DNA of 64,000 nucleotides. Source: Paraphysomonas bandaiensis (taxonomy: Eukaryota; Protista; Chrysophyceae). Made by a program: the position numbers and the translations under genes. Location of the stretch: positions 62,001 to 126,000 of the forward strand of contig CBFFRP010000146.1 in assembly GCA_965644295.1 (NCBI GenBank). The letters are read 5' to 3'. The notes beneath the pieces are model-generated. The model was not told the origin of the DNA, made no database searches, and worked only from the letters and a program-made list of their open reading frames with translations. Shown one piece after another: positions 35,236 through 47,810 of this stretch (position 1 is its first letter; every line of letters starts with the position of its first letter).

Positions 35236-38200
35236 AAATAAGATTTAAGGTTAGTCTTAATATTTAGTAAGAATATACTTGATATTATTAGAGATAAAGA
35301 TTGAACGATAAGGCCTAATAGTATAATAGCAAGACACGTTTGAGCAGAGCGTTAGCACCACACACATGTGCGTATCTTGTACAGTCGCGTATCATGTATA
35401 GTTTGGTAATTATTCAGTCTATTTGGTATTTCATTGTATATGTGTGTTGTATTCACGCGTTAAGAGATATACGTGAATCAATGACTCCTAATACTCCCCC
35501 TCAATGAAATAATCATATGGCGTATACATAGATATATGGATATAGGTGTATATATTTGGAGATAGTTCTACTGAGGGTAAAACCCACGAGTGCAATCACA
35601 GATTGTGGATTACACTGATGTCAACATACAGCATACTCGTGGGAAACTCCGTAGATCTCTAAGTCATCCATCGTGGTCTCTTGGTTGAGTTCTCTGCCGG
35701 TGGGATAGATACTTTTGTTCTTTTATTGCTAGCAGGTATGTTGATACCTCCCCCCCCCATTAGTGAATCCCGCAATCTGTGGAACGTGTTTGATGTGAGG
35801 GGTTTAGTTAGAATGTCGGCCAGCATCTCGTTTGTAGGCATGTAATCAACAATAATAGAGTGCGATGCGACTTGTTCTCTTATGAAGTGATATCTGATGG
35901 CAATATGTTTTGTTCGTCGGTGGTGTACGGGGTTTAGGCATAGTTGAATTGCACCTTTGTTGTCACACCATATGGTTGTTGAGTATGGCATGTGGAAGCC
36001 CAATTCCGAGAGTAGTGACCGTAGCCAAATAGCTTCTTGACATGCTGTTGATAGTGCCATGTACTCCGCTTCTGTAGAGGATAGAGCTACAGTGGTCTGG
36101 AGTCGTGATTGCCAGGAAATGAGACAATTTCCAATAAAGAAGCAAAACGCTGTGGTCGACCTGCGAGTTAAGTTACAGCGTGCCCAATCACTGTCAGCGA
36201 ATCCAGTTAAAGTAACAGACTTCCCGGAGTACTGTAGACCTTGATCGATAGTGCCTTTGAGGTACCTAAGTATGTTTAATGCGGCTTTGCATGTAGTTAG
36301 ATTTGGATTAGTACTGAAACGAGCAAGGGTGTTTACAGCATATGCAATATCAGGTCTAGTGCACACAGCAATATACATAAGTGAACCTATGAGCTCCTTG
36401 TAAGGAAAATTTTGGACAAATTCTTGATTTTCTTGAGATAGTTGTTTCTTTTCGAGAATGTCTATATGAAAATTTGTTGTCATGGGGTGACTACGTGGCT
36501 TGCAATCTTCCATGTTGAATCTGTGGAGTAGGTTCCGTATGTATTGAGATTGATTTAGTGTCGTAGTTCGATTCTGTATATCCTGTTTGACGAATATGCC
36601 GAGGTAGTAATCTAGGAGGCCGAGATCATGAATGTCGAATTTTTCAGCTAACGAATTCTTGATTTGGATGATGTCAGTCCTACTTTTACCGGCGATAATG
36701 ATGTCATCGACGTAAACTGCCAGAATTATGGGTCGACCATTGATTGATTTCGTGAATATGCACGGGTCGGACACTAATCTGGTAAAACCACAGTCTAACA
36801 AATAATTAGTACAACATTTATACCAATTTAACCCGGACTGTTTGAGTCCGTATATACTCTTTAGAAGTCTGAGGACTTTACCGTTTGGAACATTGAGACC
36901 AGCGGGTGGATACATGTAAATTTCCTCTTGGAGGTCTGCATTGATGTAAGCAGTGGAGAAATCTACCTGGTGAAGCTCCAACCCAAGTATAGTTGCTAGT
37001 GCTATGACTGTTCTCATTGATGTGGCCTTTGCGACTGGGCTGTAGGTTTCGTTGTAGTCTTTACCCTCGACCTGGGAGAAACCTTGAGCCACTAACCTCG
37101 CCTTGAAGGTAACCTCATCTCGCTTGACCTTTACCCTAAACACGAATTTTCCCCTTATAATGTTGGAATTTGCTGGTGGTGTCGTTATCCTCCAACAGCC
37201 TTTGCTCTCTAGAGACTTGATTTCTTTGTTGATGGCTTTCAGCCATTGTTCCTTGTACCTGCCTGATAGTGCCTCGCCAACATTGTTAGGTGTGTTAGGT
37301 ACATCATTGCTACATGTGTCATTTGCATGCATAATGATGTCAACATCATTCATGTATAATGTTCTGTAACTATCATGTTTATCAGGTGTTTTGTGGTTGT
37401 ACAAATATCTTTTATCAACATCACAGTGGTATATATTATCACCGAATTTGTGTACATTCATGATTACCCTTTTCCTGGTCTGCCTCTTGCTGTGGAGACT
37501 TTTCTTTACGCAACGGCTCACCTTGTGTCGGTGGGGTGTCCTTACACCCGTAATTGTGCCATCCGGGCTTTGCCGGCTCCTGTCACCCTGGGAATTCACA
37601 GTCTTGATAGCTCGTTTGACCTTACGAGCAGGGTGATCACGCTTGTTGTCACCCCGTGCCTCCTTCGGCACTGTATTCCGCTGAGCTTCTGCTGTGCGGC
37701 GAGGCCTTGCCTCCTTTTCATTTGAGTAGGGTCCTCTCAAATGGCTGTGACTCCCGCCCCGTGTGGCGTCATGACGGCTGTCGGTTGAACTGCTCCTCCC
37801 TGGAGCTGTTCCTTCCACGGGGCATCCTGGTTCCTCTTGCGGGGGTGATACCGCGTTCTGATAACTGAAGTGCTCGGCGGTGTATCTTTCGATGTCCGCA
37901 GCGTGTATTGGGTCATTTAACTCGATGACTCGCCCTTCATTTTCTCGTGGGGCCAATCCTCTGTAAGCAGCCACGTGGCCTTTGATGACTGTGATTCTTG
38001 TCGTGATGTATTGGAGGCCATCCTGTGGATCTGTGTGGGTCATTCCAACGAGGTATTGGAAGCTCTCGGTTGTTCGATTCTCTGAATTTTCTTCTCTCAG
38101 TGATGATTCGATTTCAGCGTAGTAGTTTTCCTTGACGTCGGGGATGCACTCATTGAAAAAGACGTGACTTGAGATTACGAAGTCCTTGAGTGAAGGTACA

Positions 38201-40865
38201 TATATGACGTACCCTGGTCCATCTTCTCGGTATCCCATGAAGTACCCAATATGGCTATGTGGAGACCAATCGTTTCTTCTCTGAGACTTGTCTATGAATG
38301 TATGGCATTTGCAGCCCCAAATCCTGGCGTAAGATAAATCGGGGGCCTCGTCGTGGATGAACTGATACGGTGATATGAATCCCTTTGCAGTGGCGCATGG
38401 CAGGCGATTTTTCATATGCGTGACGGTGGACATAGCCTGTTCCCAGAAGTTGGGTGGTAGGCCCGAGTTGCAAATGGATGCAAGCGTTCTTTCCTTGGTC
38501 GTGCGCCATGGTCGTTCTTGTATGGGGTTGTCTTCTGGCGTGTACGGAGCGTTGAAGGTCCAGGTTGATCCTAATTTTCTCAGCAAGTTCAGTACACGAT
38601 GTGATACTAGCTCACGGCCACCATCAGCATGATAGTGTATTAGCCGTTTGCCTTTCGAATGCAGATAATCCACAATTTTCTGAATGCACTCAATGACAAA
38701 ATCCTCGGTTCTGTGTTTTCCATAGAATGTCCAACTGAATCTTGAAGCTGCATCGGTAGCTCCAAAGACTACGGTGTTTCCTGTGACTATTGCTGGAGGT
38801 GAAAATGGTCCAGTAAAATCAACTGCTATAAGTCCTCCAAGCTCCTGCGATCTTCTGGTTTTTGTCGGTATCATTTGCCTTGTCTCGCGCCTATGTTTCC
38901 TCCTGTGAGCCTTGCCTTGTGCGCAGCCATCACAAAGGCCTTCTGGTAGCTGTGGCGAGCTCAGGTCGGATTTTGAAATAGTGATTCCTTTCACAAGATT
39001 CAACTTTAGTGCTTTTTGAATTAAGCCAATGGATGCGTGGGTCAACCTTCGATGTGCCAGGGAGATCGAGGAACCGCTTGATGTAGATGCCAAGTTGCAC
39101 TGGTCTTGGATGTAACCTAAATCGGATAATTTGATCTCGTATAGACCGTTTTGTTTCCTGGCTGTGGTTAACAAAATTCCATCGTGGTATACGCGTGCCT
39201 CGTTTGGTCCGAATATGATATTGCAGTTGGCGTCTGTTGTCAACTGGCTGATAGAAATTAAAGTCTTTGACGCGTCTGGAACTAGCCTGCACTTGCTAAT
39301 CAGTCCAAGCTTGCCGTATCCCAATGCCTGCATTTCTGATCCTGATTTGGCGGTGTAAATTGTGGTTTGATCGTAAGTGAATTCGGAGAGTAAGCTTCGT
39401 GCTGCTGTAATTGATATTGTGCAGCCAGAGTCTAGAATGCCAAATTCCTGCTTCTCGTGTTCCGTATGTAGGACGTGGTTGTCTGTGATCATCCCAGAGA
39501 ATGCACTGTAGTCATTGTCATCGTTTGGCCCCTCATCGTCATAGTCTTCCAGTCTTAAGTTCGAATCCCGATGACTGTTTCTTGGGTATTTTGATGATGT
39601 GTTCTTGGAGTGATGCCCTTTCCCTCTTTTGTCGTCGTTTCGTTTGTTTGTGGACTTCTGCATCTGTTGTATGTGTTCCCACGAGTGCTTGCACTCTGCT
39701 GCAATGTGGTTGGATCCATTGCATCTGAAGCACTTAACTTCGCGCGAGGCTCTTGTGACTTTGCTGGGCTTGTTGGATTTCTTCTGTTTTCGCTGCCCGT
39801 TGTTGTGCTTCTGCTTCTTCGGTAGACGGGGGTTAAACGGCTGTTTGCCTGTTGAGCTGTAGTTTGCGCTGTCCCGTTTGGTTTCCGTATTTTGTGATAG
39901 TAGGGAGCCTACAGTGGAATGCTCGAATGCTCTCAATCTTCTTATCAGCGTTTTATAATCATCAATTGGGTTCATTTGGAGGTTGATTGCCAGGTCCTTA
40001 TAGGTCTGGTTCTCATTTGAGACCATCCCTTGTCGTATTCTTGAAATAAGGTCTTGTTCAGAGACTTTGTGGCCATGTGTAGCGAGCTTTAATCGCAATT
40101 TTTCGACTTCGTCCAGGAATTGATTGATTGTTTGAGCTTGCTTGATTTTGATTGATTGCAGTTGGCCAATGAGGTCGGTTATCGTATCATTTGAGGTCTT
40201 GTCTTTGAAATGCTTTTCGATCTCTGACCATGCCCTTTTTCCATCTCCTTCAGGGACTGTTTCGATAATACCCTCTGCTTCCTCGTTTTGGCCAATCACC
40301 GCGCTGGATAGAAGTGACCATAGGTAATTGTTGCCCTCCTCGAAATACTGCATATTTTCGTCGTAGGCGTTTTTCCTGTATAGGTAGTCCTCTTCTGTTT
40401 CTTCCTCTTGACGTATAGGCTCCTCTGGCGCATCGTTTCTTAGGATGTATACTATCTTAGGCTTACGAAAGAACCAGGCTCTACTTTTCTTCTGCCATTT
40501 TGAGAAGTTCTTGGCGTCGAAGGGTGGCATGGAATCCTTCCTCTTGTCCGATGAGTCGGAGTCGGAGTTATCGTAACTGTTAGTCTTAGAACTACCATCC
40601 GCTACCAAAATAAGATTTAAGGTTAGTCTTAATATTTAGTAAGAATATACTTGATATTATTAGAGATAAAGATTGAACGATAAGGCCTAATAGTATAATA
40701 GCAAGACACGTTTGAGCAGAGCGTTAGCACCACACACATGTGCGTATCTTGTACAGTCGCGTATCATGTATAGTTTGGTAATTATTCAGTCTATTTGGTA
40801 TTTCATTGTATATGTGTGTTGTATTCACGCGTTAAGAGATATACGTGAATCAATGACTCCTAATA
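35236..40865 (-). mobile_element. Full-length Ty1/Copia LTR retrotransposon (5630 bp)
   Basis: Apparently identical 258-bp LTRs (35236-35493 and 40608-40865), TSD GATTT (35231-35235 and 40866-40870), PBS TGGTAGCGGA abutting the 5' LTR, PPT TTGAGGGGGAG abutting the 3' LTR, single gag-pol ORF. Confidence 0.96.
35659..40530 (-). CDS. Copia Gag-Pol polyprotein (Gag, Zn knuckle, protease, integrase, RT, RNase H)
   Basis: CFRCNGSNHIAAEC, ILDSGCT, HRRLTH...CDGC, integrase D-D-E core, FKARLVAQG, LLKSIYGLKQSG, YVDD, FADSDWA...TEAEY...CDN...ADILTK in Copia order. First ATG at 40530; the frame is open from 40608. Confidence 0.95.
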   Translation of the reverse strand: MPPFDAKNFSKWQKKSRAWFFRKPKIVYILRNDAPEEPIRQEEETEEDYLYRKNAYDENMQYFEEGNNYLWSLLSSAVIGQNEEAEGIIETVPEGDGKRAWSEIEKHFKDKTSNDTITDLIGQLQSIKIKQAQTINQFLDEVEKLRLKLATHGHKVSEQDLISRIRQGMVSNENQTYKDLAINLQMNPIDDYKTLIRRLRAFEHSTVGSLLSQNTETKRDSANYSSTGKQPFNPRLPKKQKHNNGQRKQKKSNKPSKVTRASREVKCFRCNGSNHIAAECKHSWEHIQQMQKSTNKRNDDKRGKGHHSKNTSSKYPRNSHRDSNLRLEDYDDEGPNDDNDYSAFSGMITDNHVLHTEHEKQEFGILDSGCTISITAARSLLSEFTYDQTTIYTAKSGSEMQALGYGKLGLISKCRLVPDASKTLISISQLTTDANCNIIFGPNEARVYHDGILLTTARKQNGLYEIKLSDLGYIQDQCNLASTSSGSSISLAHRRLTHASIGLIQKALKLNLVKGITISKSDLSSPQLPEGLCDGCAQGKAHRRKHRRETRQMIPTKTRRSQELGGLIAVDFTGPFSPPAIVTGNTVVFGATDAASRFSWTFYGKHRTEDFVIECIQKIVDYLHSKGKRLIHYHADGGRELVSHRVLNLLRKLGSTWTFNAPYTPEDNPIQERPWRTTKERTLASICNSGLPPNFWEQAMSTVTHMKNRLPCATAKGFISPYQFIHDEAPDLSYARIWGCKCHTFIDKSQRRNDWSPHSHIGYFMGYREDGPGYVIYVPSLKDFVISSHVFFNECIPDVKENYYAEIESSLREENSENRTTESFQYLVGMTHTDPQDGLQYITTRITVIKGHVAAYRGLAPRENEGRVIELNDPIHAADIERYTAEHFSYQNAVSPPQEEPGCPVEGTAPGRSSSTDSRHDATRGGSHSHLRGPYSNEKEARPRRTAEAQRNTVPKEARGDNKRDHPARKVKRAIKTVNSQGDRSRQSPDGTITGVRTPHRHKVSRCVKKSLHSKRQTRKRVIMNVHKFGDNIYHCDVDKRYLYNHKTPDKHDSYRTLYMNDVDIIMHANDTCSNDVPNTPNNVGEALSGRYKEQWLKAINKEIKSLESKGCWRITTPPANSNIIRGKFVFRVKVKRDEVTFKARLVAQGFSQVEGKDYNETYSPVAKATSMRTVIALATILGLELHQVDFSTAYINADLQEEIYMYPPAGLNVPNGKVLRLLKSIYGLKQSGLNWYKCCTNYLLDCGFTRLVSDPCIFTKSINGRPIILAVYVDDIIIAGKSRTDIIQIKNSLAEKFDIHDLGLLDYYLGIFVKQDIQNRTTTLNQSQYIRNLLHRFNMEDCKPRSHPMTTNFHIDILEKKQLSQENQEFVQNFPYKELIGSLMYIAVCTRPDIAYAVNTLARFSTNPNLTTCKAALNILRYLKGTIDQGLQYSGKSVTLTGFADSDWARCNLTRRSTTAFCFFIGNCLISWQSRLQTTVALSSTEAEYMALSTACQEAIWLRSLLSELGFHMPYSTTIWCDNKGAIQLCLNPVHHRRTKHIAIRYHFIREQVASHSIIVDYMPTNEMLADILTKPLTSNTFHRLRDSLMGGGGINIPASNKRTKVSIPPAENSTKRPRWMT

Positions 40866-41161
40866 GATTTAATTTACTTATTATTCTAGTAAAGTATGGT
40901 ATTTTCAAGTAGAGATCGGATAGTTATATTTAACCAACATTAAGAAAACTCATATTTTTCAAAAGAATGGTATGTATACTGTATGCTTGGGAAATTACAA
41001 TTGTTCTAGATTTATACATTGAACATTTTTCTGACGCAAAATGAGGATATATATATATATTTAAGGGAGCACCTATAGACTATAGGTGTAACCAATGTTC
41101 ATAGTGAACAGTGAAGTGGCTGTTGTAGTCATACTAGTGATAAAGAAATACAAAATACAAC

Positions 41162-41480
41162 TGTCAAGGTTTGACATTATATGAGAAGTATTAACTTAAC
41201 AACAGAAGGGAACTTATACTCAAAGCTGAGAATTATAAATTATAATCAATGTCTCTTATCATTCATCAATATCATGTTGTCTCCACTACCACTCATTTCT
41301 CGTACGACGATCTTACATCGTCACTACAACTTGCATCGTCACAATATTCCGTTTTACCGCTATGTGCTTATCGTCATTCATTCTCACAATACGATTAACA
41401 AGACTACAACTGTATAATACAGTAATTTAAATACCTTATAACTACAGCTTTCAATTGCTCTCATATAGCAGAACTCAACA
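41162..41480 (-). mobile_element. Solo LTR (family B, 319 bp)
   Basis: TG...CA ends (TGTCAAG...AACTCAACA) with 5-bp TSD ACAAC at 41157-41161 and 41481-41485. Homologous to 18612-18885. Confidence 0.88.
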
Positions 41481-41690
41481 ACAACCACCACAGAGTTTCC
41501 TCTCACGAAATATAAAGCATAGTCTACTTCGCCAGATTCGCCAGCTAAAAATATCAGACACACATAAACTCGATACATTATTTAAAACACAATATCCTAA
41601 GCTAGGTATTCCTATACAACCAAGAATAATAGAAATTAATATTATCTAGGCACCATCGTGACTACAATGAAATTATTGACACGGTAGCTG

Positions 41691-44600
41691 TCAATCGGCC
41701 ACGATACGCGAAGTACCAGATGCACGAGAAGACGGTCGACTATTTTTCGCCGCCATAGGACCAACACGCTCAGTCAACTTCGCGAACAGCGAGGACTCGC
41801 CAACTACATCAGGGTTTGATTTCGCTCGTTTAATTGAAGGAGCTTTCATTGGGCGCCTTGAAATATTATCAGCGGGTCTGTATCTTTTCTTTCCATTTTG
41901 TGCAAACCCACTTCGGCTTGAGCCGTCCATAGTAGATCCGTATCCAATAGTAGACTCCCGCCCATCGGCTGTGGATGTGCGTTCATCTACTATATACTTA
42001 CCATACAACATATTAAACCATCAATATTTTCTTACCTAGTCCCCCCCCCACAGTGCTGCGGGAGTGTCCGTCATCAACGAACACATACTGCTGCGAGGAT
42101 ACTGTCACCGCAGTTCCTCCCAATGCGGAAGTATGTTTATTCTTGGACAGCCCTCCAAAGAAAGATCTCTTGTGACTGGGCCGAGTTCCTGTGCTGCCTG
42201 ACCTTTTCCCTACTACAGCTGCAAAGAGACTTGTCTCACCCGGTGGTGCGGTAGAACCACTACCACCCGCGTCTTGTGACGATGAATCGTGCAAAGCCTA
42301 CACCACACAATATATCAGCATGAAACAGTCAAAATACAGATCATCTCACCTGCCGCCTGCGGGAAATGGACACGCCCATAAACATACCATGTCCGGCCTC
42401 CAATTCGCTCCGATCAAGAACACCACTCATACTAGAGGCTCGCGGCCCCAACCCTCCCACTGAACTTACCCGGCGGAGCTTGCTTCCACCAGGCATACTG
42501 TCGGGAGTTATCTTTCGTGGTACAATTGAAGTGCGACGCTTCACACCGACGCCCCCTGTATCAGGCTTGTGCATTCCAGCATCCCCCGCATTACCATAAG
42601 TGGATGATCGAGAGGATGAGTCCTGACACAATACAATTACGAAACAGAGTACGCAACACGTTGGCACACTCACGATAAGACCCATTTTGGTATCAGGTCT
42701 CGTAGCAGTAAGGGTATTGCTGACAGTAGCGGAACGGGTGAGGCCTCTAGGTGTGCCAAGCAAAGATGATGACGATGGTGTTCGTATCATCGGTGTCAGG
42801 CCAGGGGCAGCGTCCGCGTCACCGGTTAAGGAGAGCGACAGCTTTGGTACAGAACCAACTTCCTTATCAGATTGGGCGCGCTCCATGCGTAGCGCTCTGT
42901 TCATACAAGCAATCTCGAAGAAGCGTCGATAGTTCTTCTTCTCCTCCGCTCGCAGTTCTGCCCGCCTTCGCCGTTCGTCCTCTGTAAGCTTAGATCCTGT
43001 CGAGTGCATTAGAACGGCGTAAATTATACAACGTGACAGTAACCTGAGCCATCATCGTCGCTTAAGTCATCATCATCGTCATCAGTGAGCTCATCAATGG
43101 CATATGACTCCTCCTTCTGGCCTCGCACACGAGAAGTCATCTGTTTCAAATACATTGCCTGAAACTCTTCGTCGTCATCAAAGTCCACCTTATCCTCGTC
43201 CTCTACCCTCTCATCGCTGTTGGTAATACCGTCAGCAGCAAGCTCATCGAGACCATAGTGACCGCGTGTCCCTCCCTCGGCGTTCCTCTGTCTATTGCTC
43301 TTGTGTCCAGATGCAAGGCTCTTGAGAATCTCTTTGGTATTGAGTCGGTCTTGACGAGCCTCGTCCTCAAGACGTTGCCGTTGTCCTTCCTGTTCATCGC
43401 CTTCACCGTCCGACACATCATCGACTATGTTCTCCAGGTCACTGGCCCGAACGCGCAGGTCATCCTGTTAAAATATGCGTGAGATGAAACGCATTTCACA
43501 CGATCGACTCACCTTGTCCTCATCGTCCGGGTTGGTTGGGACACCGAATCCGAAGTCCCCTAGACCAGCTTGTCGTCCTATATCTTCCTCCTCCTCGGCT
43601 TCTTCCTCCAAATACTTACTATTATCCTGTACCAGCGCAGCGTAAAAGCGAGTCAATATTATCACTAAGATACACGTACCTTTTTTTTCCTAGCTGCACG
43701 TTCTTCTTCTTTGAGCATAGCGTAGTACGCACTTGCTCGTCTCTCGCTCTTGTCCTTCTTTGTCGTGATACCACTACTTTCCTTCTCTTTGTCATCATTA
43801 TCTGCTGGACTAATCTCAGAGGTACCGTTGGCAGTGATCTCCACTTCCCCACCCTCCCCTGCTAATTCTACCGCAACAGCTGTGGTGGTCTCGTCTTCTT
43901 GCGTATCCTCATTATTTTTCTCTTCCTCTGCCCCTTCCGTCTCCTCTTCGTTGTTTAACGCTTCAATGAGCGCTTCCTCCTCGTCTCCATCATCATCCTC
44001 GTCTTCTTCCTCATCATCGTCTCCAATATCATCCCACGTTACCATATCCTTTTTTGCATCTAAACCCACCAAAAATTGCTCGTCAGAGGAATCAAATTCT
44101 CCTTCACTGTCATCCTGCTTGAGTAGAAGCTGCACATAAACATTTAAACAGGTTATCACACGAATCAACAGTATATGGGCAACATACCTCTTCATGATAG
44201 CGCCGAGCACGCTCTTTTCTTTCTGCCTCTAGCCTTTCCTCCCGCTCTCGTTGTGCTGCCTCTTTAGCCGCCCTCTCGGCTGCAACTCGACGCCTCTCAA
44301 GTTCAATTCCACTCAGAACCTTTACTAGGTCTTGGGAGCTAGAGAGGCGGAGCTTCTTTGCCACAGTTGTAGAAGATTGCAGCATAGCGTTCTGCTGGAG
44401 CTGGGTTTTGAGCTTTGTACGAACATTGTTGCCACGGATGCACACGACACCCTTGCAGTATCCACCGCGAACAACGTCGTCTTCCTTCTCTACTGCCTTA
44501 TCGTCATCCATACCGGAGTTACTATCCTCATCACTATCACACTCATCGGATGAGTCATCAGACAATTCAATAACTTTCGTTTCAGGCGCTTTAGACTCCT

Positions 44601-45968
44601 CCTCATCTGCCACCTTAAGACCCTTTTCGCCGGCAATAACCACAAATGCATCCATGAGTCCCTTTTCTTTAAGCGAAGACTTCACCTGCCGTAGAGCGCC
44701 CACCTGCCATACAACGCAACTGACGAATACTGTAAAAGGTACATTGATATTTCTCACCTCCGATTGGAAGGCTTCTGTCTTGGGCTGTGTCTTTTGCTTC
44801 ACGCGTTGCAAGAGGGCATTTCTCATAATATCTGCTTTCGACTCAAGTTCCTCTGTGTCTCTCTTGAGAAGCTCCATCACAGCCAATGTGCGTGCTGACA
44901 ACTCCGCTTTTTCTATCGCCTTTACAGCCTGCACAACAAGTCAGCGATAAGTATACACGCAGATAGTTTAAGACCTTCAGCTCCTCGTTTTCCACTTCAT
45001 CACCATCCTTCCTAAATTTAGAGGCCCTTTTCTCAGAAAGAATGGCCCCTTCTCCATTTTCTATGACTGCCTCGTCCCCACTACCAAAGTCATCGTCATC
45101 ACTACTTGAGTATCCCTCCTCTTTCTCTATTACTTCACTCTTTTCCACATCTTCAACAATTTGTTGAGACTGAGTTTGAGAGAAAGAGACCTAAAGGAAA
45201 CGTTAAAAGGTTTTCACATGAAACGAAGGCTACCTCGCCCTCTTCCATCAGCACCGTCTTGATGAAGGCAGTCCACTCTGTTGGCAGAGCGGACACCATT
45301 AAATGGCTGGATATCATTTGCATCCACTTTTTCACGGAGTATTGCAACGTATCATCGTTCAGCAATTCCCTGATGCACGACCGTATCTCTCGCTCTTTTA
45401 AAGTAGAAACATCTCGGGTGGTACTATGCGTTTGTGTCTGATCGCAGTCTTGTTCAGTTATATCGTCCTGTGTCTGTTCAGAGTCTAGTTCAGTGCTATC
45501 GCTCTTCGTCTGTTCAGTGTCTTGTGCAGTGTTATCGTCCTGTGTCTGTTCAGAGTCTTGTGCAGTGTCATCTTCGACAGCAGCATCGTCGTCGATTTCA
45601 CACAAATAATCATCATGTCGATTCTCTTCATCAGGATGAGCTTTCACAGGAGATGATTGTACCTCTTCTGCAATCCGGGCATTCATTGAGTCCTCACTTT
45701 CCTCTACTTCATCACTAGTTTTATCATTCTTCATACGAAACATACGAGAGATCTCTGCCTCTGTTGTCTTATCATACGGTGATAATGCCTTCGTCTCATC
45801 AGTACCTTCATCACTATCACATTCCTCTACTGGTGATGAAGGACAATCAATCGTTTTCTCATTGTATGCATAGAATGATGCGGGTAATGCACTTGATCGA
45901 AATTTATGTTTACTAAAGCTCTTTGGGAGTGTTTCTTGTAGATTGACTGTATCATCTATCACTTCCAT
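41691..45968 (-). CDS. Large acidic protein, Mrc1/Claspin-like, with a possible DEK-C-like helical domain (multi-exon)
   Basis: Chain of spliced ORFs. YLEEEAEEEEDIGRQAGLGDFGFG...DLENIVDDVSDGEGDE...QDRLNTKEILKSLASG resembles the MRC1-like domain, and IRSCIRELL...SVKKWMQMISSHL...FIKTVLME resembles DEK-C. Confidence 0.65.
45436..45575 (-). repeat. 36-nt coding tandem repeat (DDxTAQDSEQTQ-like)
   Basis: About 4 copies of tcgtcctgtgtctgttcagagtct-like units in frame. Confidence 0.75.
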
Positions 45969-46455
45969 GGTGTACTGGAATATAGAGTGGAGTTATTTAC
46001 TTAAGTTTCTTATAAATGTCCTCTACTCTTCCAGTCTCATTAAGTATGTATATATATATATATAGATGGTGATGCGACTATAAGAACAAACGTACATTTC
46101 AATATGCAACACACCCATATATATACATACATACCTCTGTATCATACATACATATATGCCTGTATATCTCCATTCAGTTTTGAAAATCAAATAAAAAAAA
46201 TACACTTCTGTATAACTTTTAAATTTTGAAGAAAAGTACAAATGATACAGATATACGGATTGACGCCCGTGTACGGATAGGTTTTACTTTATTTTGATGG
46301 AAAACCAAACGTGAAACTGTCAATGAAGAGTGTTCGTTGGTATGTATGTATGTTTTTTTCGTATGGACTTAACATACACATACATCTATTACATAGTGAT
46401 ATGAATTATAGTACACCGTTCGACGATTAGTATCGAACGGAATTCATTGTAAACA

Positions 46456-47810
46456 ATGGCAACAAATAGTTCGAGCACTATGAAAAGCGCTGGTCCATCA
46501 ATGTCCCTCATTGACAACAATAAAGGACAGTCTAATGTTGGAGTGGGTAACTACAAAGGCGTTATGCTTTGTAATCGTCCATTTGCCGGTTCTGTTGGTA
46601 TGAATGGTCAAAAAAACTTATTTATCTTTTTAAAATGAATATTTTAAGGCTCTAATGTGAAGAATGGTGGAGGAACAGAGAAGAATTCTTTTTCCACTGG
46701 AGTTGTGCCGGAGTCTATTGGCATGAACGTTAGCATCAGCAATTTAGAAAGGGTATGCTGACAAGTATAATTTAGTAATGCTGATATATTATTGTTTACA
46801 GAAATATCCTAAACGCAAGAAGAAAGAGACTGCCTTAACTAAGCACAGGAAGTGGCTAGCAGAATTACAAAGGACGAAAGACCGGTTGGAGAGTCAATAT
46901 GAAGAAGAAGTCATGAAGACACAGCAAACTAAGCAAAAGGTAAGTACTTGTTCAGTATATGTTTACAAGTTTCAACGAATATGGTGTAGTTTGCTGAGAA
47001 AGAGGCTCAAATGCGTCAGATAGCTAAAAATGCGCATGCATCAGATGCAAAGGCGTCGTCATCTGCTTCTGTTCGAGCGGAAGACAAGTCAGAATCAAAG
47101 ACTACAAGTGCCCCCCCTTCTGTTGCTGAGCATAAAGTCTCCAAGCCTAAAACGAAAATACCTCGTCCTGCGTGGGCTCTGACAGAGGATGCTGCGGAAT
47201 CTGCTCTTGATGAGAAGGAGATGGAAGACGAGGACGAGCTGATATCTTTCGCTAAGGGACTCGACTTCGATAAATACATCGACGATCTTGAAGTTCACAC
47301 TATGATGGAACGCGTGAAAAATCGCATTGCACAACTGGAACGTGAAGCGGAGTCAGAGAAGCAGAGAGAAGATGAGGCAGAGGAAAGAGCTGCGCTCAGG
47401 ATGATGCTTGAGGCCAAGGGTGAAGGAAACGGATCAATGTTGGATGCAGAGGAAAAGGGCGACGAGACCGACGCAGCTTATCTTGCAGCGAAAGAAATAT
47501 TATCAGAAGCTGGTGACCTTAAGGGTGTTCACTCAACGAAATCTGTTGCTGCAATGTGAGAAGTTAATGGGTTATATTAATTGTGACTAAATGCCGTTCA
47601 ACAGGTATCGTCAGTCGAAGGATAAAGATGCCAAAGACGGTGAGAATGGCAAGGTCGTTAATCAGGTTTGTGATGTTTACTACTTATTGGACCAGTCTAA
47701 TGTTATGGTAGCCTATAATCGTAAAACACGAGGAAACAGATGGAGCGCGACTGGAAAATAAGAAGAATCCCAGTAATCTACCATATATTCACAGAAACCC
47801 CGCCGTTTAG
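46456..47810 (+). CDS. Hypothetical coiled-coil protein, probably conserved (multi-exon)
   Basis: Spliced ORF with motif-like blocks NYKGVMLCNRP, KHRKWLAELQ, PAWALTE, FAKGLDFDKYIDDLEV and C-terminal NLPYIHRNPAV*. Confidence 0.75.

Noticed and set aside
43750-44950. Long plus-strand Ser-rich ORFs
   Set aside because: Antisense shadows of the acidic Mrc1-like exons.
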